20,414 bases of DNA from an uncultured cyanobacterium (GTDB lineage: Bacteria; Cyanobacteriota; Cyanobacteriia; Cyanobacteriales; Microcystaceae), in contig CAWEDJ010000059.1 in the NCBI GenBank assembly GCA_963807635.1, forward strand, positions 1-20,414, read 5' to 3'. This document shows positions 1 through 8,575 of this stretch, piece by piece. Numbering within the stretch: position 1 is the first letter of the stretch; every line of letters begins with the position of its first letter. Below the pieces are notes generated by a model. It was not told the origin of the DNA. It worked only from the letters and a program-made list of their open reading frames with translations, and made no database searches. Position numbers and translations under genes: made by a program.

Positions 1-160
1 TCAATCCTGTTTCATTTTCGGGTAAAAACAGCCATCGCGTTGAACCCTTTTGCTTTCGTACCGCCCCAATCTCCGACGGTTTCCCAACTGGTTTTGATTC
101 CTCCCAAGCTTTGGGCAGAATTGATTTGATAGGCTTGACAGAGAGATTGGAGTTGGGCAT
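1..160 (-). CDS. Possible N-terminus of an unidentified protein running off the left edge (MPNSNLSVKPIKSILPKAWEESKPV...)
   Basis: ATG at 160-158 with GGAGA upstream; frame is open to position 1; no recognisable motif. Confidence 0.35.
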   Translation of the reverse strand, partial: MPNSNLSVKPIKSILPKAWEESKPVGKPSEIGAVRKQKGSTRWLFLPENETGL

Positions 161-334
161 TACAGGTTAATTTTCTCCATATTCAGTTCTGACTTTTGAT
201 TTTCAGCATTATTCTGATCAAAGTCGTAACGGGTACGCCAGGGAAAACCATTTTCCTGTACAGGATTCCAAAAAGGCTAGAACTTCCATGAATAGTTGAA
301 GATTTGCAAGGGACGAATACTGACAAAATTAATT

Positions 335-1003
335 TTAAGTCATTTCGAGTCTTTGTAGAGAGTAAATTGCGGCTTGTCTGACCTGGGGGTGTTCATCTTT
401 CACAAAGAAACGGAGGGCGGATAGGCTTTGATCGGAGGGTAAATTCCCCAAGGCTTCGGCTAAGACGTTGACGAATTAACCAATCTTCCGAACTGGCAAA
501 TTTTAAAATGGCTTCAACCGTACCGATCGCTTTAATTTCTCCTAATGCTGCGATCGCAGAATATTTATGCTGGACAACGGTTTCTGAGCTATCAAGGGCT
601 TTTAATAAAACTTGTTTCGACCGAATATCCTGCAAATTACCGAGGGAAACCGCCGCACTAAAGCGCACTAACCATTCCGTATCCTCATAAAAAGCGCGAA
701 CAAGGGGTTCTAAGGCTCGTCCGTCTTTCAAATACCCGACACCGCCGCATCGGGCCGAATACCGTAATCAGGGTCAGTTTCTAATAATTTGGTCAAAATA
801 GCGAAGCATTCGTCGGTCTGTTTAATCCCTAGCGCGAAAACGGCCATCAATAGCACTTGAAGCATTTCATCATCTAGAACTTTTTTGATCAGGGGAACGG
901 CATCTCATCGGCAACTTCTCGCAGGGAAACAAACCAACAGGCGATCGCGGGAATTGGTGCTTTCTAGCTGGGTCGCAATTTGTTCGAGGGTGAGTTGACT
1001 CAT
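335..1003 (-). CDS. nblB: HEAT-repeat PBS lyase-like protein, NblB family (phycobilisome degradation); broken by several apparent sequencing indels; 3' end approximate
   Basis: ATG at 1003 gives MSQLTLEQIATQLESTNSRDRLL; later segments read AVPLIKKVLDDE, MAVFALGIK, LETDPDYGIR, LVRAFYEDTEWLVRFSAAVSLGNL, DWLIRQRL and KDEHPQVRQAA across several frames. Confidence 0.8.
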
Positions 1004-1114
1004 GGGGGTTTCTCAACATTTCTTAATATTCTTTCTCATATTGTAACGAGGGAATGGGGGAATTGTATTAATGCTCAGAAATTCGGCGTATTCAGATTTT
1101 GGGTAAAAGTCGCG

Positions 1115-1147
1115 ATCGCCTTTCATCAAGTTACAAAACTCGCGATC
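1115..1147. repeat. 33-bp direct repeat, left copy (overlaps HIP1 at 1112-1119)
   Basis: ATCGCCTTTCATCAAGTTACAAAACTCGCGATC; 32/33 identical to 1758-1790. Confidence 0.95.
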
Positions 1148-1172
1148 AAACTCTATTACTCAATACCTTAAT

Positions 1173-1416
1173 CTATGCCAATTCTAAATGTGTAACTGGA
1201 ATTTTTTCCGTTTTTTCAGGGGTTTTTCGTCCAGTTGCTACAGCATGAACAGTATGAGAATATTTCAGCAGAATAATAACGATTGCCGCAGTTATTACAC
1301 ACACCAATCGTCACGTCTTCAAGAATGACAAAACCATCTCTATGTTTGAAGACTTCTCGTTTAATAAGGCGAGGTTGAACCGTTCCTTCACAGTATTCGC
1401 ATTGATAGCCGTACAT
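1173..1416 (-). CDS. YgiT-type zinc finger protein (putative antitoxin); one frameshift near 1260
   Basis: MYGYQCEYCEG...IGVCNNCGNRYYSAEI has two CxxC motifs; the shifted frame continues HTVHAVATGRKTPEKTEKIPVTHLELA* to TAG at 1173. Confidence 0.8.
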
Positions 1417-1420
1417 GGAG

Positions 1421-1716
1421 TTAGCCCTCAAGTTTGGTGATTTCATAAACTGTAATAATCAAATAACGTCCGCTAGTGGCGAAACGCCCAACTACCCCGA
1501 CGGGAGTTTGTAGATTAACTGCGGTTCCTGCAACAATGTATTTTGATCCCTTCGGATCATCTTTTTCAATCCGAACAACACGACCGTTTAAAATCGCTGT
1601 TTCTACATCGATGATGGTCAGATAGTATTCGCCATTTCTTCCATTGCATGGGCTAACATATCGTATTGTTGCAATCGGATTTTTTGACGGATACGATCAA
1701 TGTCGTTGTTTGACAC
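1421..1716 (-). CDS. DUF4258 family protein (putative toxin); one frameshift near 1628
   Basis: GTG at 1716 gives MSNNDIDRIRQKIRLQQYDMLAHAMEEM, then LTIIDVETAILNGRVVRIEKDDPKGSKYIVAG...RYLIITVYEITKLEG*; HA.EEM and IITVY motifs; ends 4 nt before the YgiT gene. Confidence 0.8.
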
Positions 1717-1742
1717 GAGCTAAATTTTGTTACGATTCGGTG

Positions 1743-1772
1743 ATCATAGCAAAATTAATCGCCTTTCATCAA
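1743..1772 (-). promoter_or_regulatory. Putative sigma70 promoter for the DUF4258/YgiT operon
   Basis: Minus strand TTGATG-N18-TATGAT with extended TG; the -35 box lies inside the right 33-bp repeat. Confidence 0.4.
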
Positions 1773-1790
1773 ATTACAAAACTCGCGATC
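1758..1790. repeat. 33-bp direct repeat, right copy (overlaps HIP1 at 1785-1792)
   Basis: ATCGCCTTTCATCAAATTACAAAACTCGCGATC. Confidence 0.95.
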
Positions 1791-1938
1791 GCGTTGTTGA
1801 TATTTAAAGATGAATAGGGGATCTAGGTCAGTGAAAAGAAATTTTAAGTAATAGAATTAAGATTGTCTAAATTTCACTGTTATCTTCTTGCAATATGCCG
1901 TTAAGTTGGAATGAAATTAAAAGTCGGGCGATCGCCTT

Positions 1939-2875
1939 TTAACAATTCGAAGAAGAAAGGTTGGCAATAGCCTGGGAAATAAAAGGTAAAATTTGAGGAT
2001 ACTCTCGTTTTCCTGCCCTTCCGTAAAAACCGTTAATAAATAGGGTTGTTTGTTGGGAATTTCAATATAGGCCGCATCATGGCGTACCTTACTTGTCCAG
2101 CCAGCCTTTGACCACAATTGAGCATTTTTGGGTAAAACTTCCCCTAAAAAGCCTGTAACCTGATTTTCTTCTCCTGCTTCAGGTTTCGCTACGTTTAAAG
2201 ACCGTTTTAATAATTTCATCATTTGTTGCGATCGCACGAAGAAACCGCCACACCGCCAACAATACTATGCAATAAACGAGCAACCGCATCGGTAGTTAAC
2301 ATATTGCGATTATCCAGCATTTTTCCCACAAAAGCCCGTTCTCGACCGTCTGGGGCCTTCATTCCAGGGTTTTTGATTCACATTAATTCCGTTTAATTCT
2401 TCCCACCCTAAATTTTGAAAATAACGATTGACTAAATTGCGTTGATGTTTCCAGGTTTCAAAGGGCGCGTCGGGTAATTCGGGGCGGCTGGTTGTTCCCG
2501 TCAAAGTATCCACAATTAAACTCGTGGCATCATTACTCAGATCCACGATAATATCGGTAATCGCCCGTTCTAATTCGGCAGAACTTTCGATCATGTTACC
2601 TTCTGCCATTCCGCGATCGCAACGAGATAAAACAATTTGACCAAACTAGCAGGATAAATGCGTTCAAAACTGCGATAACTATACCCCCGCACTGAATGCT
2701 TCCAAAATTCTTCTGCTGAGATAGCCCCGCCCGTATTGACAATTACTGGCTCATCATAAACGATCCAAGTGAGAGCAATTTGATCCCGTTTTAAACTAGG
2801 AAATTCCTGAAAAGCTGAATCTAAAATCGTCTGGACAGTTTGGTTGAGAGCTTGATCGGGACGGAAAAAAGTCAT
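1939..2875 (-). CDS. Serine hydrolase, class A beta-lactamase-like; split by apparent sequencing indels
   Basis: YPASLVKLFY (SxxK), LSNDATS (SxN-type) and WSKAGWTSKVRHDAAY (KxG) across ORFs 2591-2875, 2310-2609 and 1917-2237; the corrected C-terminus PQILPFISQAIANLSSSNC* ends at 1939. Confidence 0.85.
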
Positions 2876-3175
2876 GAGTTGAGAAACCAGAGATTTTTTT
2901 TATCAGTAAAGAAGGCTTTTAAAACTTCTCATTTTCAGACGCTTTACATTTGACGGTAATACGGTATGAGAGACAAAAAAAGCGTTTCGTTACCGATTTT
3001 ATCCGACAACAGAACAAGAGTCCCTTTTGCGGAGTACTTTAGATTGCGTAACATCAGTTTACAATAAATCTCTCCACAAGAGAACCCAAGCTTGGTAACT
3101 TCATTGAAAAAATCAAGCCCTTCCTCTTTTTTCCTCTGGGCAGGCAGGAGAAAGTCTGCTTAATACCAGAACTGG

Positions 3176-3367
3176 TTATCTTCCGACCCGAATGCCACGA
3201 AGAAAACTCAATAATCCAAAGACCTTCAAAATCCAGATAATCAGGGCGACGACAACCACAATATTCAAAATTCTTTTGATCTGACTATCCATTGGGATAT
3301 AGCCGTTGACCAGCCACAAGAGAACCCCAACTACGATGATAACCAACGAAAACTGAACCAAGTCCAT
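3176..3367 (-). CDS. Small two-helix membrane protein, Thivi_2564-like family
   Basis: MDLVQFSLVIIVVGVLLWLVNGYIPMDSQIKRILNIVVVV...GIRVGR; GAGG upstream of ATG 3367. Confidence 0.75.
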   Translation of the reverse strand: MDLVQFSLVIIVVGVLLWLVNGYIPMDSQIKRILNIVVVVALIIWILKVFGLLSFLRGIRVGR

Positions 3368-3497
3368 AACTAACCTCAATTTATGGCTATTTCACACAAG
3401 CTAAGATACAGACTCTCACCATATAAAAAATCAATGAAGTTTTTGTGAACTATCTACGGCAACGAAATAGCTCTCGGGCTTCAGAAAACCGACCCAT

Positions 3498-3548
3498 AAA
3501 AAAAAAGAACAAACACTGGGTCATTTCTGACAATCAGTTACTTGTTCT
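3498..3548 (-). terminator. Putative intrinsic terminator downstream of murA
   Basis: Imperfect hairpin AGAACAA..ACTG..GTCA/TGAC..CAGT..TTGTTCT followed on the minus strand by a U-tract; a second 9-bp inverted repeat TTGGGTTAA/TTAACCCAA lies at 3575-3605. Confidence 0.45.
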
Positions 3549-3635
3549 AATTTTCTAATGATTACAAAGTTGTATTGGGTTAAAATCTTAAACGGCTTAA
3601 CCCAAACTAAATAAAAACGATATGAGTCGAGTTAT

Positions 3636-4997
3636 TTAGACTAAACTCTCGGTATTGCTCAACAATTCAGAGGGAACATTTACTCGATGGAGATTCGCAC
3701 CTAATTTACGCAATTTTCCTTCAATATCATCGTAGCCCCAATCTAGGTGTTTTAAGCCTTGAATCGTTGTTTTACCCTCCGCCGCTAAACCTGCTACCGC
3801 TTAAGGCCGAAGAAGCACGGAGATCGGTGGACATGACAGGCGCACCCGATAAGAAAGGAACCCCTTGAACGACAGCCACATTTCCTTTGACTCGGATATT
3901 GGCTCCCATGCGTTGAAGTTCGGCAACGTGTTGTAAACGATTTTCAAACACCGTTTCTGTCACCATGCTGCTACCTTCACTCATGGCCGGCGACGCCATG
4001 AATTGAGCCTGCATATCGGTCGGAAAGCCAGGATAGGGCAAGGTTTCAATATCGGCTCCTTTTAGGGGCCGGGAATTAAACGAATACGATCAGGGGAATC
4101 GATAATCACCTTGGGGCAAATTTCTCGTAATTTTGCGATCGCCGAAGCTAGATGAGCGGGAATCACGGGAAAAAGACTAATTTCAGAGTGGGTAATCGCT
4201 CCTGCAACCAAGAAAGTCGCCGCCTCAACGCGATCGGGCAGAATAGGATAATCCGTCGAGTGCAGGCGTTCTACCCCGCTAATGACAATTGTATTGGTTC
4301 CTGCACCCATAATTTTTGCCCCATCGAACAGCAAAAATTCGCGAGATCAATAATTTCTGGCTCTGGGCCGCATTTTCAATAATGGTTTCCCCGTCGGCCC
4401 AGGGTTGCCGCCATCATGATGGTTTCCGTTGCACCGACACTGGGATAATCCAGATAAATTTTGGCTCCTGTCAGACGCTTGCGATTGCCTTTAACACTGG
4501 CTTGGACAACCCCATGCTCAATGATCACATCCGCTCCCATCGCTTGCAGACCCCGCACATGGAGATCCACAGCCGCCCCCGATCGCACAACCCCCAGGAA
4601 GAGGTACGCGAGTTGTTCCTAAACGGGCGAGTAATCAGCCAATCACAAAAAAGCTGGCCCGCAATTGGGAAACCAATTCATAGGGAGCTTGAGATTGACC
4701 GATATTTCGAGCATCAAAATCGAGAATATCTGCATTCTGCTCTATCTTTACGCCGATAGCCGATAAAATCTGGCTCATGCGGGTGATATCAGCGAGGTTT
4801 GGCAAATTCCGTAGGCGGCAATCATCTGAACAGAGGATCGTTCCTGCCATGATGGCCAGTGCGGAATTTTTTGCCCCGCTAATTCTCACTTCGCCTTTTA
4901 GGGTCGAACCGCCAAAAATTTCAATAACGGGCTGATTTAGATTCTCAGACTCCAAAGTATTTGTAATGGTGTTTGTTTCAATATGAGTAGGTTTTAT
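3636..4997 (-). CDS. murA: UDP-N-acetylglucosamine 1-carboxyvinyltransferase; several apparent sequencing indels; start either ATA 4997 or TTG 4955
   Basis: [24 protein letters not shown] (catalytic Cys), [34 protein letters not shown] and TDLRAS motifs; stop TAA at 3636. Confidence 0.97.
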
Positions 4998-5060
4998 GAC
5001 GTTACCCTCCGATGGTTAGATGATGATATAAAAATTATGCACATAAAAAATCGCTCCTGA

Positions 5061-5088
5061 ATTATACTAGAAAACTGTAAAATGTCTA
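5061..5088 (-). promoter_or_regulatory. Putative murA promoter
   Basis: Minus strand TAGACA-N16-TATAAT. Confidence 0.4.
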
Positions 5089-5159
5089 GTTTTTTTTACT
5101 AAATTTCTAAAATTCAAACCGCGATCGCTGATAACGGGAGAAAGTTTTCTCAAAAAAGA

Positions 5160-5189
5160 TTGACTAAATAACCTTTTATGCGCCATGAT
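5160..5189 (+). promoter_or_regulatory. Putative tRNA-Leu promoter
   Basis: TTGACT-N18-CATGAT, 35 nt upstream of the tRNA. Confidence 0.4.
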
Positions 5190-5224
5190 GATTTATTGGT
5201 TACAAAAAAACTAAAAAACTATAG

Positions 5225-5308
5225 GCGGTACTGGCGGAATTGGTAGACGCGCTAGATTCAGGTTCTAGTGTTCGCAAGGACTTCCGGGTTCGAGTCCCGG
5301 GTTCCGCA
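5225..5308 (+). tRNA. trnL: tRNA-Leu(CAG)
   Basis: GCGGTAC/GTTCCGC acceptor stem (one U-U mismatch), D-arm GGCGGAATTGGTAGACGC, anticodon stem CTAGA-TTCAGGT-TCTAG, long variable arm, TTCGA T-loop; CCA not encoded. Confidence 0.96.
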
Positions 5309-5413
5309 TTTAGTTCAACTTTGCCAAATCTAGGTCGCACAATAACTTTAAATTAGTGAGAAGATGAACAAAAAAGCCAGTCATTCTTACAAAGTTTATT
5401 CGCGAATTTCGGC

Positions 5414-6208
5414 ATGATTACCAGTTCGCAAAATCCCCTCGTCAAACAAATTCGTAGGCTCCATCGCGCTAAAGGACGACAGGAGCAGAATTTATTATTA
5501 TTAGAAGGAACACATCTCCTAGAGACGGCTTTGGAGGTGAATTGTTCCTTAGAAACTGTCTGTTATAGTCCTCAATGGCAGGTTAAATATTCCCAACTTT
5601 ACGAACAAGTTTTAACGCGATCGCGCCGAGTGGAATGTGTGAGTCCTGAAGTGTTGCAACAATTGGCTACGACGGTGAATCCCGATGGCGTGATTGCAAC
5701 CATTGACCGAGATTTTCAAAATTTAAGCCCGATAAAGTCTCCGAAGTTAGGATTAATCCTCGAAAGAATCCAAGATCCAGGCAATTTAGGCACGATTATT
5801 CGTTCTGCCGTTGCGACAGGTGTGGAGGGTCTTTGGACGAGTGAAGATAGTGTGGAGTTGGATAATCCCAAGGTATTGCGGGCTTCTGCGGGAGCCTGGT
5901 TTCATTTGCCGAAGAAATCTAGTCCTGATTTGGAAAAATTAATTCAAGACTATCAAACCCAGGGAATACAGGTAATTGCAACTCAGATGAATGCACCTAA
6001 AACCTATTGGGAAACGGATTTTAGGCGATCGAGTATTATTCTTCTGGGCAATGAAGGGACGGGGTTAAGCGCAGATTTGGCTAACTTAGCGGATGAAACA
6101 GTCAGCATTCCTTTGGCTTCTGGGGTGGAATCTCTCAATGTGGCGATCGCGACGGCTTTGTTGTTGTATGAAGCGCAACGACAAAAGGCTAGTTTGGAAA
6201 AACGGTGA
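5414..6208 (+). CDS. TrmH/SpoU family RNA 2'-O-methyltransferase
   Basis: ITSSQNPLVK, IQDPGNLGTIIRS, LGNEGTGLS and VESLNVAIA SPOUT motifs; follows murA and tRNA-Leu. Confidence 0.95.
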   Translation: MITSSQNPLVKQIRRLHRAKGRQEQNLLLLEGTHLLETALEVNCSLETVCYSPQWQVKYSQLYEQVLTRSRRVECVSPEVLQQLATTVNPDGVIATIDRDFQNLSPIKSPKLGLILERIQDPGNLGTIIRSAVATGVEGLWTSEDSVELDNPKVLRASAGAWFHLPKKSSPDLEKLIQDYQTQGIQVIATQMNAPKTYWETDFRRSSIILLGNEGTGLSADLANLADETVSIPLASGVESLNVAIATALLLYEAQRQKASLEKR

Positions 6209-6324
6209 GATTGATAGATTTTACGAAAAGTGCGATCGCATTTCTTGGTTTTTAATAAACGCGATCACGAGAATCTTCATAGTAAAGCGAGATTAACTTG
6301 AGAAAAAAAAACAAAATAGATTCG

Positions 6325-6711
6325 CTAGAATTGTGTTTTCCAAACCAATGCAATAGCGATAATAGCAGGAGCCGTTTGGATATATAAAGTTTTTAGGTTT
6401 TTAGCTTCTGTTGAGTCCTTATTGGGTAAGGTCATCGCTCCAAAGATTCCTGCGATCGCCACACAAATCAGAAAAAAGAGTCGTAATTCAAAAGTATTTT
6501 CCTGGGCAAACACTGACCCAAAGAGTCCTGCGGCAATGAAGCTGTTGTAAATGCCTGCATTTTTGGCAATCGGAGCAGTTCTAAGGGCATCTGGGGTAGA
6601 AAAACCAAATAGTTTTTCTAAAAGGTAGGTGGTGAAGAAAATTTCTCCTACTGCAAAACCAAAATGGATTAGGGCATTAAGAATGATGGCAATTTGTGTT
6701 AGTAATGTCAT
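6325..6711 (-). CDS. DUF1304 family membrane protein
   Basis: ALIHFGFAVGE, NAGIYNSFIAAGL, VAIAGIFGA and YIQTAPA motifs; AGGAG 9 nt before ATG 6711. Confidence 0.8.
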   Translation of the reverse strand: MTLLTQIAIILNALIHFGFAVGEIFFTTYLLEKLFGFSTPDALRTAPIAKNAGIYNSFIAAGLFGSVFAQENTFELRLFFLICVAIAGIFGAMTLPNKDSTEAKNLKTLYIQTAPAIIAIALVWKTQF

Positions 6712-6720
6712 TGCAATTGG

Positions 6721-8178
6721 CTCCTGACTTTTCCCATTAAGTCTGAAACCGACCACAGAATAAGGGTTTCAAGCTCTTCACTATTTTCAACAATTTAGGT
6801 TAAGAAAAAGCCCTAAAAGAGGTAGGTGGTATATGGTTAAGCCACGGGTAGCGCAAGAAACAGTGAAATTCATTGATGAATACTGTGAAGTGTATAGAGA
6901 CTTATTCCCAGAAGTGAGAAGTTATGAATATTTTAAATATCTGCACTTGGGATTAATATCAGAGAAAAAAAGAAAGACATTTCCAGCAATAGCGGAAGTA
7001 GCGGGGCTAGAAAATAGTCAGGGAATAGATTATTTTATAGGAAAATCAGAGTGGTCAGTAGAGGAAGTAAGAAAGAGAAGATTAAAATTAATTTTAAATG
7101 AAGTAAAAGAGGAGGAAATAATGGTAATTATAGACGAAACAGGAGATAGAAAAAAAGGGAATAAAACAGATTATGTGAAGAGACAATACATAGGAAATCT
7201 AGGAAAGATAGAAAATGGAATAGTGGCAGTAACAGCCTATGGCGTAATAAGAGGAATGACATTCCTCTTATTAAGTGAAGTGTACAAACCAAAGTTAAGA
7301 TTAAAAGAAGGAGATGAATACAAAAGTAAGCCAAAAATTGCAGGAGAAATGATTAAAAAGCTGAAAGAGTTAGGATTTAAAATTAAAATCGTATTAGCAG
7401 ATAGTGAATATGGTGAAAGTGAGAATAATTTTGTTAGTATCTTAGAAAAAGAAAAACTAGACTTTGTGCTAGCGATTCGGAGCAATCACTGAGTATGGTT
7501 GGCACCTGAGCAAAAAATAAGATGTAATAAATGGAGAGAGTTCACCAGAATATTCTCAACAAGAAAGAAAGAAATCAGATATATAAGAGAGATTATATTC
7601 GGTAAAAAAAGAGAAATAAGATATTGGCAAGTAACAGATAATACAGAAACGCTACCACCGAACTCCACTTTCTATATTATGACAAAAGTAGCCAACATTA
7701 AATATAAAGAAGTTGGTAACTTGTACGGAGTAAGAAATTAGGTAGAGTACGGTTTAAAGCAAAGTAAAAATGAATTAGGATGGGCAGATTTTCGAGTAAC
7801 AGAATATAAAAAAATGAAAAGTGGTGGGAACTGATCATGAGTGCTTACTTAATGGTTAGTCTTCAATCAGAAGCCTTGAACAAATCCAGAAAACCTCCTG
7901 ATACATTAGCTGAATCTGCTCAAGAAGAAATGCAGAAACACCCAAAATGGAATAAGGGAAAGGGCTGGAAAAATACCCTCAATAATTTACGATTGTTTAT
8001 TCAGCCATTATGTTACTTCAATCTGCTTAAACCTTGGTTAGTCGTGATTTTTACTCCTCAAATACTACGAGTATTTTGTCGTCTATTCTTCCAGTTAAGT
8101 AAACTAACAAATTCTCTGTTGGAGATGATTTTTCCTCGTAGTTTCTATCTATCTTCTGCCTAGAGTGATAGAACAGCG
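6721..8178 (+). mobile_element. IS701-family insertion sequence (ends approximate; no clear terminal inverted repeat pair found)
   Basis: Purine-rich, HIP1-free segment carrying an IS701-type transposase. Confidence 0.8.
6833..8163 (+). pseudogene. IS701-family transposase pseudogene
   Basis: IIDETGDRKKG, KRQYIGNLGKIENGIV, LADSEYGE and ELGWADFR motifs; in-frame stops TGA 7490 (SNH*VWL) and TAG 7739 (RN*VEYG); frameshift near 7815. Confidence 0.9.
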
Positions 8179-8494
8179 CTATCAATTTCTTGTCAAGTTA
8201 CAATTGCTAGTTAAATGCGCTAGTTATTGCTCTTCTTCTTGAGGGGTTACAATCGTTTTAATTGCTTCTTCACACCACAGCAAACAATCGGATTCAAATC
8301 TAATCGGCTCTCCGCTATTGTGTGTGATAACCCATGCTTATAAATTCATTAAATCCTTTCATAGCAATCCTTTCGATCTTATCTTTTCTAGGCTAGTAAT
8401 GACTATAACCCGATTTTCCACACAGTTAGGGGAAGAGCCGCGTTACTTTGTTAGCATGGAAAAACTAGAGCGATCATTGGAGATCAAAGACTTA

Positions 8495-8575
8495 GATCGT
8501 CGTTTAATTTAGCCTACAAAAAGCGATCGCGGATCACTCCAGAAATATTTTTAAGAATTTGAAGAATTTGATAAA
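8495..8575. repeat. 81-bp direct repeat, left copy (contains HIP1 8523-8530 and the 3' end of the nuclease gene)
   Basis: 76/81 identical to 9213-9293. Confidence 0.95.

Noticed and set aside
508..1171. Plus-strand ORFs 508-690 and 980-1171
   Set aside because: Antisense shadow of nblB or intergenic; no motifs.
1115..1945. CRISPR array or integron attC array
   Set aside because: Only two or three copies with unequal, gene-sized spacers; no cas or intI gene; no RYYYAAC...GTTRRRY cores.
3048..3062. NtcA box-like GTAACATCAGTTTAC
   Set aside because: Spacing is GTA-N9-TAC rather than N8.
4152..4759. Plus-strand ORFs 4152-4382 and 4316-4759
   Set aside because: Antisense to murA; no recognisable product.
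335..4997. Genome decay or true pseudogenisation of nblB, the hydrolase and murA
   Set aside because: MurA is essential, the residues between breaks are well conserved, and the breaks track methylation motifs and homopolymers, so sequencing error is more likely.
5225..5308. tRNA-Leu as an integration site, or as defective because of the U-U acceptor mismatch
   Set aside because: No duplicated tRNA 3' end or integrase seen; a single mismatch next to an error-rich region is not informative.
6744..6771. TGAAACC-N14-GGTTTCA inverted repeat, with a similar ATAAGGCTTTCA at 20385-20396
   Set aside because: Short sub-terminal IS motif; too little sequence to claim a shared regulator.
8182..8349. 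Possible decayed minus-strand ORF (MNL*AWVITHNSGEPIRFESDCLLWCEEAIK...) and plus-strand ORF 8318-8512
   Set aside because: Short, interrupted by stops and without a recognisable family; cannot be supported without a homology search.
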